From Selaginella moellendorffii (Eukaryota > Plantae > Lycopodiophyta): a stretch of 64,000 nucleotides of DNA. This document shows, in pieces, positions 25,409 to 39,100 of this stretch. Under the pieces are notes generated by a model, which saw only the letters and a program-made list of their open reading frames with translations, was not told the origin of the DNA and made no database searches. The stretch lies in assembly GCF_000143415.4 (NCBI RefSeq), contig NW_003314262.1:5096397-5160396 (forward strand). Direction: 5' to 3'. The stretch's first letter is position 1. Each line of letters starts with the position of its first letter. The translations under genes were made by a program, and so were the position numbers.

Positions 25409-25767
25409 TCTATGCTACTCTCTCCCAAAACAAAAGAGTTCCAATCCCAAGAAGTGTTGTTCTTCCAAGTCTTCCACGTTTGAGTTTGTTTGACTTGAAA
25501 TGCTGCTTGGACTTTTTCTTCTTGGACTTCAAGGTGGTGGTCACTATTTTATTTTTCCCATGGTTTAGCCTTGAGATTAGACTTGTTAGAAAGTGGTAGA
25601 GTCCTATAACAACACTAATACAGTGTTAAAATTATACGAAGCGAGCTCGAGAGAGAAAAAAATATATCTTTGCCTGAAGTCAGCCTAGCGTCTAGCCCAG
25701 ATGTGTAGAAATGTGAGCAGTGATTCTATAGCGCAAAAGGGCATCGATCGATCATTCTTCCAATCCG

Positions 25768-25871
25768 ATGAAGGTACCGGCTTTGCTCCTCTCTGCCGGC
25801 GGCAATTCCACCACGAATGTGCTGCTGGTCGGGACAATCTTCCTCCTCGCCTCCCTGCTCGTCATCCTCGG

Positions 25872-25902
<31 letters not shown>

Positions 25903-27367
25903 GTCGAATTCGTGATGCCCATCACACAGTCCTGCGAGAATTCGTCGTCCAACTTGTCAGTGTCCACGAATTTCGGCCCAGCTGCGGCGATTGATCCAAT
26001 TCCTGCGCCAGAGGAGCAGGGGACCGGGATACACTCCACCGTCCGGCATCTCCATCCATTCGGCATCGCCTCCTACACATTCGTCCTCACCGGCGGCTAT
26101 AGAACCCAGCGCAGATCCTTCGCGGTCGTGGGCCTCGCCGCCAAGTCTCTACACGTCTTTGGCAAGCCCAATTTCGCGTGCGAATGGGTGCCCGACTCCA
26201 CCACCTCGGACTCTCCTTCCATCTTTGGCAGCGCAAGAAAAATCTTGCCCGACTGGGGCTATGGCCGCGTCTACACCGTGGTAGTCGTCCACTGCTACTT
26301 CAAATCCTCCGTGGGCGAGGACGGCAGCGGCGGGCGATTGATCCTCCATGCCGGCGAGAAGGGATCTCCCTCGCCGCCCTCCAAGATCACCGCTCTCGTG
26401 GAAGCACCCGGATCATACTCTCCCTCCCAGTTCCTCCCAAAGTACGACTACCTCTACTGCGGCTCCTCGCTGTTTGGCGACGTCAATCCACAGCGGCTTC
26501 GCGAGTGGATCGCATACCACGCCTGGCTGTTCGGACCGAGATCGCATTTCGTGCTCCACGACGCCGGCGGCGCGCGATCCAAGGGCGTGAGATTGGTGCT
26601 GGAGCCTTGGGTCCGATCGGGGCGAGTGACCGTCCAGGATTTTCGCGAGCAAGCGCGCTTCGATGGCTACTACCATAACCAGTTCCTGGTCGTGAACGAT
26701 TGCTTGTTTCGCTACAAGCACGCCGCCAATTGGACCTTCTTCTTCGACGTGGACGAGTACGTACACGTTCCCGGCCCATCCACGTTGGATTCCGTGCTGA
26801 ACGAGCTTGGCCAAAAGTACTCTCAGATCATCTTTAAGCAGACCCCCATGGGCCACAATGTGTGCATCGACAGCAATCGTACGAACTTATCTAGGTGACT
26901 CTCTCTCTTTCTGTGTGTGTGTGTGTGTGTGTGTGATTGTTTAGAGCTAGAGTTCCTTTTAGATTGCCTTGGTGTTTCTTCTATATCTTACGGTCGCTTG
27001 ATCTTCTTCTTCCAGGCAATGGGGATTTGAGAAGCTGGTTTTCATCAACGTCAACGTCCAAAAAACGTTGCATCTCGAGCGAAAGTACGTGTTGCGAGCG
27101 CCACTGGCAGATTCCGCAGGAGTCCATCTCTCGCAGAATTTAAGAGGGAAGAGCATCTACTCGAAAGACCACATTTCTTACTACCACTTCCACAACACCA
27201 TCAGCGAACACCAGGAGAATTGCCGAGAGTTTGTCAAGGTTCCCAAGCACAAGACCTCCAAAGTGTGGCTCAACAAAGTCCCGTACCTTTACGACGATAG
27301 ATTGAGCTCTTTGGCTGATAAGGTGAAGGAGTTTGAGCTACAAACCATTGGTCCAGTAACACTGTAG
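25768..27367 (+). CDS. GALS: Galactan beta-1,4-galactosyltransferase (GT92/DUF23), copy 1; exons 25768-26894 and 27016-27367
   Basis: N-terminal TM anchor, ILPDWGYGRVYTVVVV, YLYCGSSL...NPQRLREWIAYH, FDGYYHNQFLVVNDCL, FFFDVDEY, WGFEKLVF, YYHFHNTI. Confidence 0.93.
26913..26935. repeat. (TG)n microsatellite in the GALS copy 1 intron
   Basis: About 11 TG units; absent from the paralogous intron. Confidence 0.9.
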
Positions 27368-27631
27368 AGAAAAAAGATTAAACAGGTCAGAGCCATTCTT
27401 TGTAAAGAACTAGAAACTTATATGATACCCGAGGCATACAGGATTTCCAACTGACAGAATGTTTATTGCTGATCAAATGCGTGCACGTACATGGCATTTT
27501 CCTGTAGGAAGCAAATTAACTTCACAACACTGACTGGATTTGCCGCTATGGAGCCGTGGTTAAACTAGAATATAAAAAGGGATTTAGTACCTGTTAAGGA
27601 GGGAGATCTTGGTTCTCCTCTATCAGAGCAA

Positions 27632-27850
27632 GTGTTGTCCTGGAAAGCTGAAGATCGGGTGGATATGGTGAAAAGAGTAGATAAGAACATCATCATGCGA
27701 TTCGGCTGCCACCTTGAGTTCGTGAGCGATTTAGGTACGCAGTTTATTAATACGGTTATTGCAGACACCGTATCCTCCTTAGCAAATTGCGAAGTTGAGC
27801 GGACAAACAAGACGCTATATGCACTATGACTAAGATTTGCAACGCTGGGA
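27632..27850 (+). pseudogene. Ty3/gypsy integrase core remnant
   Basis: NIIMRFGCHLEFVSDLGTQFIN...ANCEVERTNKTL resembles the SD.G..F and G.VER.N motifs. Confidence 0.65.
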
Positions 27851-29152
27851 CTTGAAACACTAGCGGTGCAAATCTTAGTCAGAGTGTCACATAGTCTCTT
27901 GTTTGCCACTCAACTATTGTGCAGAGAGTCGATGAGTTGGGCATGAGAGCTGCCTCTACCTCAATCAGGCAGCCAAAGTCTTCAGGGAGACTCGCCACAG
28001 CTTCCTGCCATGGACCTATTCTGTCAGATGGAGCTCGCTTGACATCGTAGTCCTCTTGAATGGAAAGGTCATCTCGATCGCCTCTAGATCCAGGCCCGCC
28101 TCTACTAAAGCGCAGATCACCACATTCCAAGAGACTGGACTTCTAGTCAACAATGGTGTCAAAGGATTCAATTGTGGTGGAAGCGGTGATGATGATTATC
28201 GCCCTCTCGACTAGAGCCTCGATGCTGATGCAAGCTCTCGGGATAGATCCCACGCTATGTAGTTGTTCTAGCACTGCTGCCGCTGGCCATATTTTGAGTT
28301 TGTAACTTATAAGCAAAAGGCAAGATTGAACCTTTCGTTTTATATTTCTCAAATATTAAACCAGAGAAGGAGCCGAGAACTCCAATCCAAAGGAATATTG
28401 TTGTTGCTAAGTCTTCACCCACGCCTTGAGCTTTTCTCGACTTGAACTTCTGGGACTTTAGGCTTTGGATCTTCTTCTTCTTCGCCACCATTTCTTCCAA
28501 GTAGTTCATGATTTTGTTCTTCCCATTTTCAACGCCTCTCCATGATCTGCTCAGCAGTGAAGTTAGATCCATGTCCATGATCTGCCGGGGAGTGTAAGTT
28601 TGTGTCCTGACGTGAAAAGGATACCATTATACGTGAAAAGGAAACTATTATAATAACCGCTAATGTGGATTCCATGCTTGCAAGACGCATTCCAACTTAC
28701 AAAACCTCGACTTTACTTTCATTTGAAGCGGCGAGGACCGAAAAACTCGAAAAAATCTGAAAACGATTAATTAAAACAATGGCTTTGCGAGTAAGTATAT
28801 AAAATTGAGAAAAGCGTCCGAGAGAATCGCCAAAAGCACCACACCAGTGGTGGGATGGAATTGAAGCACTAGCAACCACGATAACGATATGACCTCGTCC
28901 GTACGAGACGGCGGGTGTGCCGTACGCCTCACAATGGGCCACGCGAACGAGAGAAATAGAAGAGAAAAGAAGCTATCTATTTCTATGCCGTAAGTCAGAA
29001 GGCGTCTGCGAGGAGCCCAGCCGTGTAGAAATGTGAGAATCGACCACTACAGCGCAAAAGGGCATTGATCGATCGTTCTCCCAATCCAGAATTCTCAAGA
29101 ATTCCATTCCATGCCACATTCCAGAATCGGATCGATCGATCCAGCTTTCCAG

Positions 29153-30835
29153 ATGAAGGCACCGGTTGCAGCGCCGGGTCTGCTCCTCCTCCACGCCTCC
29201 GCCAGCGGCAAATCCACCGCGAATGTGCTGCTGGTCGGGACAATCTTCCTCGTTGCCTCCCTGCTCGTCATCCTCGGATCCTTCACGACCAAGAGCAGCG
29301 GCAGCAGCAGCAGCAGCGTCGAATTCGTGATGCCCGTCACGCAGTCCTGCGAGAAATCGTCGCCCAGCTCGTCAATGTCCAAGAATTTCGTCCCCGCTGA
29401 GGCAATTGATCCAATTCTTGCGCTCGAAGAACAGGGGACCGGGATACACTCCAATGTCCGCCATCTCCATCCAATCGGCGTCGCCGCCCACACATTCGTC
29501 CTCACTGGAGGCTATAGAACAGAGAAGAGGTCCTTCGCGGTCGTGGGCCTCGCCTCCAAGCCCCTCCACGTCTTTGGCAAGCCCGAGTTCTCGTGTGAAT
29601 GGGTGCCCACCACCTCGGCCTCCCAGCCCACCTCGGACTCTCCTTCTTCTTCTTCCATCTTTGGCCGCGCAAAGAGAATCTTGCCCGACTGGGGCTATGG
29701 CCGCGTCTACACCGTGGTAGTCGTCCACTGCTACTTCAAGTCCTCCGTGGGCGAGAACGGCAGCGGCGGGCGATTGATCCTCCATGCCGGCGAGAAGGGA
29801 TCCGCCACGCCGCCCTCCAAGATCACCGCGCTTGTGGAAGCGCCCGGATCATACTCTCCCTCCCAGTTCCTCCCAAAGTACGACTACCTCTACTGCGGCT
29901 CCTCGCTGTTTGGCGACATCAATCCACAGCGGCTGCGCGAGTGGATCGCGTACCACGCCTGGCTGTTCGGACCAAGATCGCATTTCGTGCTCCACGACGT
30001 CGGCGGCGCGCGATCCAAGGGAGTGAGATCAGTGCTGGAGCCTTGGATCCGATCCGGGCGAGTGACCGTCCAGGATTTTCGCGAGCAAGCGCGGTTCGAT
30101 GGCTACTACTATAACCAGTTCCTGGTCGTGAACGATTGCTTGTTTCGCTACAAGCACGCCGCCAATTGGACCTTCTTCTTCGACGTGGACGAGTACGTAA
30201 ACGTTCCCGGCCCATCCACGCTAGATTCCGTGCTGGACGAGCTTGGCCAGAACTACTCGCAGATCATGTTTGAGCAGAACCTCATGGGCCACAATGTGTG
30301 TGTAAATAGCAATCGTACGGACAGATCCAGGTGAGAACCTCTCTCCCTCTCATCGCAGAAAAAATTCGTAGAAAGATCGTCTCTCTGGTCGTAGACGTAG
30401 AAAGATCGTTTAGAGCTTTCAAGTTTCCAGAGTTCTCTTTGATCCTAGATCGTCCTTCAAGTTCTTACGATCGCTTGATCTTCTTCCAGGCAATGGGGAT
30501 TCGAGAAGCTTGTTTTCATCAACGTCCAAAAATCGGTGCGTCTCGATCGAAAGTACGTGCTGCGAGCGCCGCTGGCGGATTCAGCAGGAGTCCATCTCTC
30601 GGAGAACGTAAGAGGGAAGAGCCTCTACTCGAGAGGCCAGATTTCCTACTTCCACTTCCACAACACCATCACCGAGCACCAGGAAAATTGCCGAGAGTTT
30701 GTCAAGGTTCCCAAGAACAGGACCTCCAAAGTGTGGCTCAACAAAGTCCCGTACCTATACGACGATAAATTGAGCACCTTGGCTGATGAGGTGAAACAGT
30801 TTGAGCTCCAAACCATCGGTCCAGTTACACTGTAG
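29153..30835 (+). CDS. GALS: Galactan beta-1,4-galactosyltransferase (GT92), copy 2; exons 29153-30330 and 30490-30835
   Basis: Close paralog of copy 1 with the same intron position and an intact frame. Confidence 0.93.
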
Positions 30836-31499
30836 AGAAAGAAGATTAGACACATTCTTTGTAGAGAACTAAAAACTTGTATAGTATTTTGTGATACCGC
30901 GGCAGGAATCAGGATACATCCAGGATTTCCAGCTGATAGAATGTTTAGTGCTGATCAAATGCGTACATAGAAACGAAAGCTTACGTTCCACGACGAAACC
31001 AGCTGTTGCATCCAGCCTTTCAAGCTGACGTTTCAGATGTCCTGTAAGTCTCAAAGGAAAAGAAAAAAGGAAAAGATTGAAAGTGAATACTAACTTGAGC
31101 AGTGTAGACTGCGCGTCGGTTGGATCCAATGCAAAATTGACAGACGCCGACGAGTGTGAGAAAATTTTGGCCTGTTTCTTCGTACCAGAGGCCCGCGTGT
31201 GTTAGAACAAACTTATAAAAATCTGGTGGTCACCTTGCAGAAGTTGACAAACTTGGATGTTGACGCAGAAACCGCAACGCTGCCTCGCGTTGCCAGTGAA
31301 CACGGGCACAAGAAAGAATTTCTGTTTGAATCACTTCTGTTGGTAACAATAATCATAATATCACACAAAAAATATATGATTCAACTAACTTGCTCAGAGA
31401 GATGTGCCTGCACAGAGGAAGAACAAGATCAGTCGCAAATATCACGTTTTTTTTCTCTCTCTCTTTACCGTCAAGCTATGAGATCAGAGATGGTTTTGG

Positions 31500-32773
31500 T
31501 CAATCGAGACGTCGCAGAAGGTATTCGACTTGGACGTCCTTTGTCAAAGGCATCACCCAATCTCCGTAGAGGCGAGCAACGAGCTTGGGTTCTACTTTGT
31601 AAAGTGGAGTCGGCTTGGTTCCATTTGCGTCAATCTCTTGCCCGTAAGTTCTTGCTTTGTGCTCCACGCGCTTTTGCACGCTCGCCTCTACGCTCTCAAA
31701 CGTGACCAGCTTCATTAATTCTTGCGGGTCCTGGTGAGAGAAAGGCTAGAAGTCAAGACACGTCTTGAAAGAAACTGTAAACACCTGTGCTCGGATATGA
31801 GGTTCGAATAGATGTGGTGACTCACGAAACTTGGCCTCGGCAACGAACTTCCCGTAGTGTATTCTCTTCGAGAGGGCCTGAAAAGGAAAAAGAAAAGAAA
31901 AGGTCGTTGAAGGAAATCTCGACTTTGTGCCGCGAAAGTACAAACCTGGAGACACTTCACGTCACAGACCGCTGTTGAGCCATAATTGCCATCATCCCCG
32001 TCAGATACAAAGGAAGGCAGCAAGTTGCTATAGTACATTTTCCAGATCCTGGTGTTAATGTTGACGGCTTTGGCCGCTTGATGGAGCACCTGCACAAAAA
32101 CAAGCTTTCATTGCTTGGATCCCAGATATGGCCCATGTCTCACACCTTGGGATACTCGAGTGGAGGAAGTATAGGCTCCGGCAAATCATCTGGGAAAAAA
32201 GCGTGTTCATCAGGGGCGCAGTATCTTCGAACCTGCCAAACGAAAAAGAAAGAAGACTTCACAAAGTTATCTCATGGTGATCATAAAAGAAACGAATAGA
32301 CAAAGAGAGAAACAAAGAGAAGACAAAAAGCTTGCCTTGGCATGGAGGCACTCGGTTTCTTTGAGCATGAACTCCACCAGTGAGCCATCAAAGCCAGGAA
32401 TGCGAAACCTGTTAGGATCATACGTCCGCGTATTCATCTTGTACTGCGCTCGCTCGATCAAGCTAAAGATAATATTATCCTCTTGTTGGATCAACGAGTC
32501 CCGGATGGCATCCAGGGTCAAATTCTCGCTCTCGTCCTTGACACCACCTTCCACGATCCTAAAACACTCCATTATCACTCGAAAACTAGGAGCGCGAGGC
32601 ACATACCCGAGAGAAGCGCTGGCCCTGGGATGGATGAGCGAAATCAGTGGCGCGCACTGCCGCATTGTCCTCCCGAAGCTCGCTCTGGCTGGAATTTCGA
32701 TTCTCTGGCGAGGCGCGACGAATCCAGCTCTGGCGCTCGGCGGCGACCTAGAGAGGAGTCCCTGTTGAGCCAT
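31500..32773 (-). CDS. CM: Chorismate mutase (AroQ, eukaryotic type) with probable plastid transit peptide, multi-exon
   Basis: [65 protein letters not shown]|[36 protein letters not shown]. Confidence 0.95.
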
Positions 32774-33006
32774 AGAAAGATCCAAGTGAGAAAAAACCTA
32801 GCCGCGCTTTCGCTCTCTATTCCAACCAGTCAAACGAAACTCCAAGAAGAAAACTTGCCACGTTTTATTACGAGGAAGATGAAGACCAAAAGTAAATCTG
32901 GAGAGAACCAAAGGGTCCCGGATTAAAGGCACAGACCTCAAAAAGTTCTTCCCTCTTGTTCTTCTTACACGTAGAGACCATGATGTGTCGATGGAACAAT
33001 TTACTT

Positions 33007-33816
33007 CTAGCCTCGCGACTGCCCAGCTCGGGATGAAAGAATGATCCCCACGATCAATCCGTAGAGAGCCAGCGCCTCGGCGAAGATGAGGATCAAGATC
33101 ATGCCCACGAAGAGCTTTGGCTGTTGAGCGTTGGCCCTGTGAAAACGATGGAAAGTGAGAAAGCCAGAGAAGAAAACAGAGTGGAGTTTCCAGCAGGGAA
33201 ATCTTGTGAGGACCAAGCTCGCGATCTTCAAATGATTCGAAGATCATTGAGCCCAGTCCAGAGATCGCTCTGGCTTATAGTTTAGTTGAGCTAAAGCTGG
33301 AGATAGTCAGCAGACACTCGACCGTCTACAAGCGTGAACTATTCGAAGCAGCAAAACGAAGAAAGAGTTTGGAAACTTGACCTCACTCCAGCGTCTCCAA
33401 CAATTCCAATCGCCATCCCAGCCGAGAGGCCAGCAAGCCCGCAAGCCAATCCGGAAGAGAGATGCGCGTAGCCATCGAAGAGGTAGTAGGATTTCGCCTT
33501 GGGATTGATCCCAGTGCTGATAATCACCGCGATGATAAGGCCGTAGATGCCGAGAACTCCAGCCATCACCACCGGGACGATCGATTTCATCACGAGCTCC
33601 GGTCTCATGACGCCCATGGACGCCACGCCCACGCCGCTCTTGGCAGTGCCATAGGCAGCTCCCATGCCTGTAATCGATTGATCCATCGCATTGCGATTAG
33701 ATCAAAGAGGAAAAAGAATCTGGCTTACAAGAGAAGACGAGAGCTGCGGCAGCGCCGATGAATCCAAAGAAGGGCGCCGTCTCATCGCCACTGAAGGCGT
33801 CCATGCCCGACGACAT
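33007..33816 (-). CDS. VHA-c: V-type H+-ATPase proteolipid subunit c, 3 exons
   Basis: [109 protein letters not shown]. Confidence 0.97.
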
Positions 33817-33922
33817 TATTGCGAGCACGAAACCCTAGCTCGCATAAACCCTAATTTCTCCTATATCAAAATCTTTCCAAATTTTCGCGCCCAAATGGCT
33901 TAGCTAGGGTTCTTGTTGGCTC
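33817..33922. promoter_or_regulatory. Putative 106-bp bidirectional promoter with telo-box motifs
   Basis: Divergent ATGs at 33816(-) and 33923(+). Contains AAACCCTAG, AAACCCTAA and CTAGGGTT. Confidence 0.6.
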
Positions 33923-36185
33923 ATGGCTTCTTCTTCCACGATCGCCATAGGTTTGCTTCGATTCCGGGCGGCATTTAGTTTCTCATGATCTCGTTCTGTG
34001 TGCAGGCAACTGCTCGGTGGAGATTTCCGGCGACATCGATTACGAGAAGAATGGGAGGAGGGTTTCTTTCAGCATTCCTGGATTGGGGACTGTTCGTGTG
34101 AGCGCTGCCGGTAAGTTGCTAAGGCTAATCCTGCAGTTAAAGCGCACGGATTCCGGTTTTCTTACAGATTCAACCAGCATTGTTCCTGTCAATCCCAATG
34201 CTCTTGACAGTGGTTAGTTCTATAGACTAAATGTTAGTTCTTGTGAGCATCGTGTGTTCATCCATCGTCTTACAGCTCGAACCAGCATTGTTCCTGTCCA
34301 TCCTAATGCCCTTGACAGTGGTCAGCTCTATAGACTAAATGTTTGTTCTTGTGAGCATCGTGTGTTGTTCTTACAGCTCCAACCAGCATTGTTCCTCTCA
34401 ATCCCGTAGCTCTTGATACCACAGGGCAGCAGCTCCTGGAGGTATGCTTCCTTTCGTTTTAACGCCCTAGTTAACTTGGATCCATCTTCTCAAACGGCAG
34501 GACGCTCTCGACCTTTACACCAGCGAATTTTCTACGTCGTGCGGTGCTTACATTTTTGGATGTGTGAAAGATGGAAAGAACGTCACTCTGGTCCTCGCGG
34601 AACACCAACACGCAAGTCACCAAACTCTAAGAGTTATTGATGCTTATGCTTTGTTTTCCTTTACAGGTAGTCGCCGCAATGACTTACCAAATATCTTTCT
34701 CAGACGAGCTTTGTGCTGTGGTTTTACTATCTGCCGTACGAAGTAGTCACCAACGGAAGGCATGTTTCCTATATTCTTTGCGGTAGTCTTTTAGCTTTTT
34801 AATTGTCGTTCTCTCATTCTATAGGGGTTAGGGACACGTTTGTGCATCGAGTTCCAGAGAAGGCTGTGTGATATAGGCGTATCAACAGTGTACTGTTTTG
34901 CTGGCAGGTCCGAGTCCTTCTGGTCTAAACAGGCAATCTCTTCTGAAAAATATGTGGATATGTATTCATTGCTATGTTTGAAGCAGGGATTTAAACCGTT
35001 GGCTGATGGTAGCACGAAACCAAAGTTTGCTGAACCGCTAGCGTCGTTTTTTACAAGTGATACCAAAGTGATGATTTTTGAGAAGTTTCCTCGAGCAGTT
35101 CAAGGTTCAACTAAACCATCTTCAACGCAGCAACATGCAATGCAACAACATACTGGTAAAACTTGCGGTTCGTAGTTGTTTTTCTTTACGGGATGCTTTC
35201 AGATCCCCCCGGGACTTCAAAGGCCGTAAGGAAAAAGGGCACTAGCAAAAGAAAACGGAACGAAAAGGGTGATCCCTCCTGCCAACCGTTACTTGCATTT
35301 TCTCAGCCACCTCGTGATTCTCCAGACACTGCAGCTGGAAAGAATGTGGAACCAATCCAGACATGCGGGGAAAGAAGTCCAGTGGTTTTGTTTATGAATA
35401 TGGCTGACGAGCAGCGCAAGCGACAACTAACCAAGGTGCAAAGCTACCGGTTTACAAGCTTTGAATCAAGAGGTATCTGTTTGCAGTTTGTCGAAACGCT
35501 TGGAGGGCAAGTTACAGATACAGGAAGCAAGTGCACTCACGTCTTGACAGGCCAAGTTCGACGAACTATGAACTTCTGTGCAGCTGTTTCTGTCGGGTAA
35601 ATTGTAATTGTTTTTCTCTAAATTGTGTGAAATGTCTATGTGATAGAGCCTGGATTTTATCGCCAGAATGGTTACGATCAAGTGTCGAAGCTAAAACATT
35701 CGTAGGTAAGAACTTTGGAAAGAACATTTTTTGATCGATAAACTTTGATGATCAGATCCTATTCCTTTCGTTCTGGAGGATGCTGACTTCAAGGCAAACT
35801 ATAACACTGACGTCGCAAGCGTGATCAAACGCGCAAGAGCGAAGCCACTGTTTCAAGGATTACAAGCTTGTCTGACCCCTCATATCGATCAAGTTCTCCG
35901 TGAGCTTATCGAATCTGGCTGTGGCAAGGTATGCTTTTTCCTAGCTTCATGGGAAACGAATATGATCGTTTTCATTTGCAGGTCGTGTCCCGGATTGAGG
36001 AGCTTACTATGCCAGTGTCAAAATCATTCGTCATCTCTTGCAAAGCCGATGCCATGCAAGCTAGAAACGCTTCAAGCGTCGGGCTTCGAGTCTTTGACAC
36101 GGAATGGCTGATTCGCTCTGTAATGAAACAAGAGCTGGATATTGAGGTCAAGGACGACCTGACGATTGTCACCACGGTTACTTAG
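33923..36185 (+). CDS. GNAT acetyltransferase plus tandem BRCT domain protein (DNA-damage response type), multi-exon; start codon inferred
   Basis: GNAT: VVAAMTYQ...LLSAVRSSHQRK|GLGTRLC...VYCFAGRSESFWSKQ|GF. BRCT: VETLGGQVTDTGSKCTHVLTGQVRRTMNFCAAVSVG|AWILSPEWL and VFDTEWLIRSVMKQELD. Confidence 0.8.
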
Positions 36186-39100
36186 CTACGAAGCGTCATC
36201 CTTTTTTTCGTTCGGGGATTTTTTAAGCTCTTTTTCCCATTTTTCTCTCAGTGTTTGATTTTATTTGCAAGTAATAAATTCACCAACAAGAAGATTGTAT
36301 CAAGTAGCAGAATATTATGAAGAAAAGAAAAAATATCTTACAGTCCACATTAGAAACTCAAGATTATTACTCTTGAAGTTTGACAGCCGAGTTCAACACA
36401 GTGGAAGGATCAAAGGCACGAAAAATGATATATAGTATAGTATAGTATGGATTTTGGTTAAGGCTTGATTGAGGTAGCATTTCATTAAGTTCTTATAGAT
36501 TTATGTATGAATTAAAAAATAATAATTAATAATAATAATAATAGTTATTTAGTCATTGTAATGCAAAAGTATATATTTTTGCATTAGAATTACTCCTAAA
36601 TCATAAAGTACCTAAATGGCAAATCACGTGTCTTTGGACCTCATAAATAGTGTCATCCCAATAAACATTAAAACTACAATCATAAATTCTTTTCTATATT
36701 ATAAATTATTATTTTATAAATTATGAATTATTTCCTATAGGGCATATATGTTCTAATTCTTGTTATCTACTTTTTAATTTTAAATTATAGGTAGTAAGTC
36801 TTTCTGAATATCCAACTATTGTCTTTCAAATAAGAGAAAGAAAAATAAATTATTCATTACTTTTCCAAAAACAGTGTAACTGTTGTATTTGAGGCAACAA
36901 CCAGGCTATTAGTGTGTTTCAGAACCTTAGGACAAACAAGAAATAAGGGGGGGAAGGGTGATTATTTTACTAATCAACATTATTAACCAATCAGTTAATC
37001 AACCTTAATCCATACCTATTAACTTCCTCTTAGAATATTTCTAAATAATGTCTTTAATATTTTGTTGCATTAATCTGCATAATTTTAACTATTATATCTA
37101 CATTTGAAAATGTGGTGCAAACTCTTGAACTATTATTAGATTTGAATTTGATTGGAAATGAATTTGTTGGTAGACAACACATTCCCTACTACTACAAACC
37201 AATTAACACCAGCTGAACAAGTATTTTATCTTATGGTCTTTAGTACATATTGTAGCAAATGCATCAAAAGGGAAGGCTCAAAAGTAGTGATTGAGAGGAC
37301 AAAAGAAATAGCTAAAAAAATTAAGATTGAGTGGAAACACCAAAAGGAAGTCACTGATAAGAAAGTGTATTTATTTGAGAACTTAGAGCCAGGGAGGTGG
37401 TGAATGCTAAAACTGAGGCTCATGTGCCAAACAATAGCAGCTAAATTACCAAAAAAAAATTAAAAAAATTAAAAAAATGAATATATACAAATAGTTGAGA
37501 GGTTGATTGTGAGTGACACATGCTAGAAGGAATTCATTTTTGGTCATGAAATAAATAATTACTAAAATAGTGAGAAGATAATACACATAATTGGATAGGA
37601 GTAATATTTCCTAATAAGCTTAGACAAGGATCTATTCATCTAGAACAAAGGGAAAATATATGTCCTTTAGAAAAGATTTGTTTTTATATTATAGAAATTT
37701 TCATATATCTTAGTGCTTTCTTTGATGGGGATAAGGAATATCATGGATAGATATTCCTTTCTCTGGGGTAGGCCTTCCCTTAAAATCTTGCTAGTATGGC
37801 ATATAAAAATTTTCTCTAAGCAATGTAAAACTTAAAAGAAAAGAAAAGAAAGGGTAAATACTTTAAAAGTAATATTAGATGACCTAGGTAATTTGGAAGC
37901 AATTAGGGCATTTCTTTTTCTCTCTCACTCGCTTTATGCCTACGCCTCTATCAAGATGTGCTAACACTCCAAGCGTAGCTCTAAAGTTATGTACAATAGC
38001 TTAAACATCACCTAGGGTTGTGCAAGAACAAATGCCATTGCTACCTTCTACTAGATCAAGCACACCCTCAATTGGGTGGAGTGATCTTGTCCTCACACCA
38101 CTGCCATAAACTGTCGACTCCACTTTCAAAGCATTATTGACACAAGATTCCACTTGGGCATCTCCGTTGGCACTGCACTCTATTGTGAGACACAAAATCC
38201 CTAGGCCCCAAAGTGGAGTTGGAAGGGTGCCATGTGGTAGTGGCTGAAGCGAAAACCAAACAAGCGTAACACGTTTGGACTAAAAGCTCCAATTTGAAAG
38301 GTCGAGAGTGGGAGTGGAACTCTCAACGAAGTGCTCAAGGAACAAGCACGAAGCAAGCAATAAGTGAGTCTCTAGAAAAGGGACACTAGAGGACCAACAC
38401 ATGACACGTGGTAGAGTCCGAGATGGAGTTCAAGATGGAGTCCGAGATGGAGTTCGAGATGGAGTCCGAGATGGACCCAAGATGGAGTCCGAGATGGACC
38501 CAAGATGGAGTCCGAGATGGACCGAGACGGAGTCCGAGATGGAGTCCGAGATGGACCTGAGATGGAATCCAAGATGGAGTCCGAGAAGGACCCGAGATGG
38601 AGTCTGAAGTCAAGACTAAGACAGGGACCGAGACCGGGACTGAGACCGAGACCGAGACCAAGGCCGAGACTGAGGCCAAGGCTAAGGCCGAGACCGAGCC
38701 CGAGCCCAAGTCCGAGTCCAAGTCCGAGTTCGAGTCTGAGAGGGTGAAAACCCAAAGTGTTTGTCTCCCAGACCCTAGGGGGTTTGGTGAGCTCCAAAAC
38801 TATAGTAGGGGGAGGACTGTAGTGGAGCTAGTGTTTGGCCAGGAAAGGCCAGTTCGGCCCAAGAAGGCTGTACCCAATGTTGGGTGATGAGCTGCCCATT
38901 GGAAAGTCCAAGACTAGAGTGAACACGGACTGACAAGGGGGGTAGCTTAGTGAAGTGTTCAAGAGCTGGCTCTAGTTCCCCCGGGAGATCGACTAGCTGA
39001 TGCTCCCAGTCCAAGTGTGGGTGGCACTACCTACTTGGATACCAGGTGTGGCTCAACGAAACCTCACTCTAAGCCCATGGCTAGAGCACACAAAAGCGGA

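Noticed and set aside
37152-37403. 83-aa ORF in the AT-rich spacer
   Set aside because: No recognisable domain or splice context.
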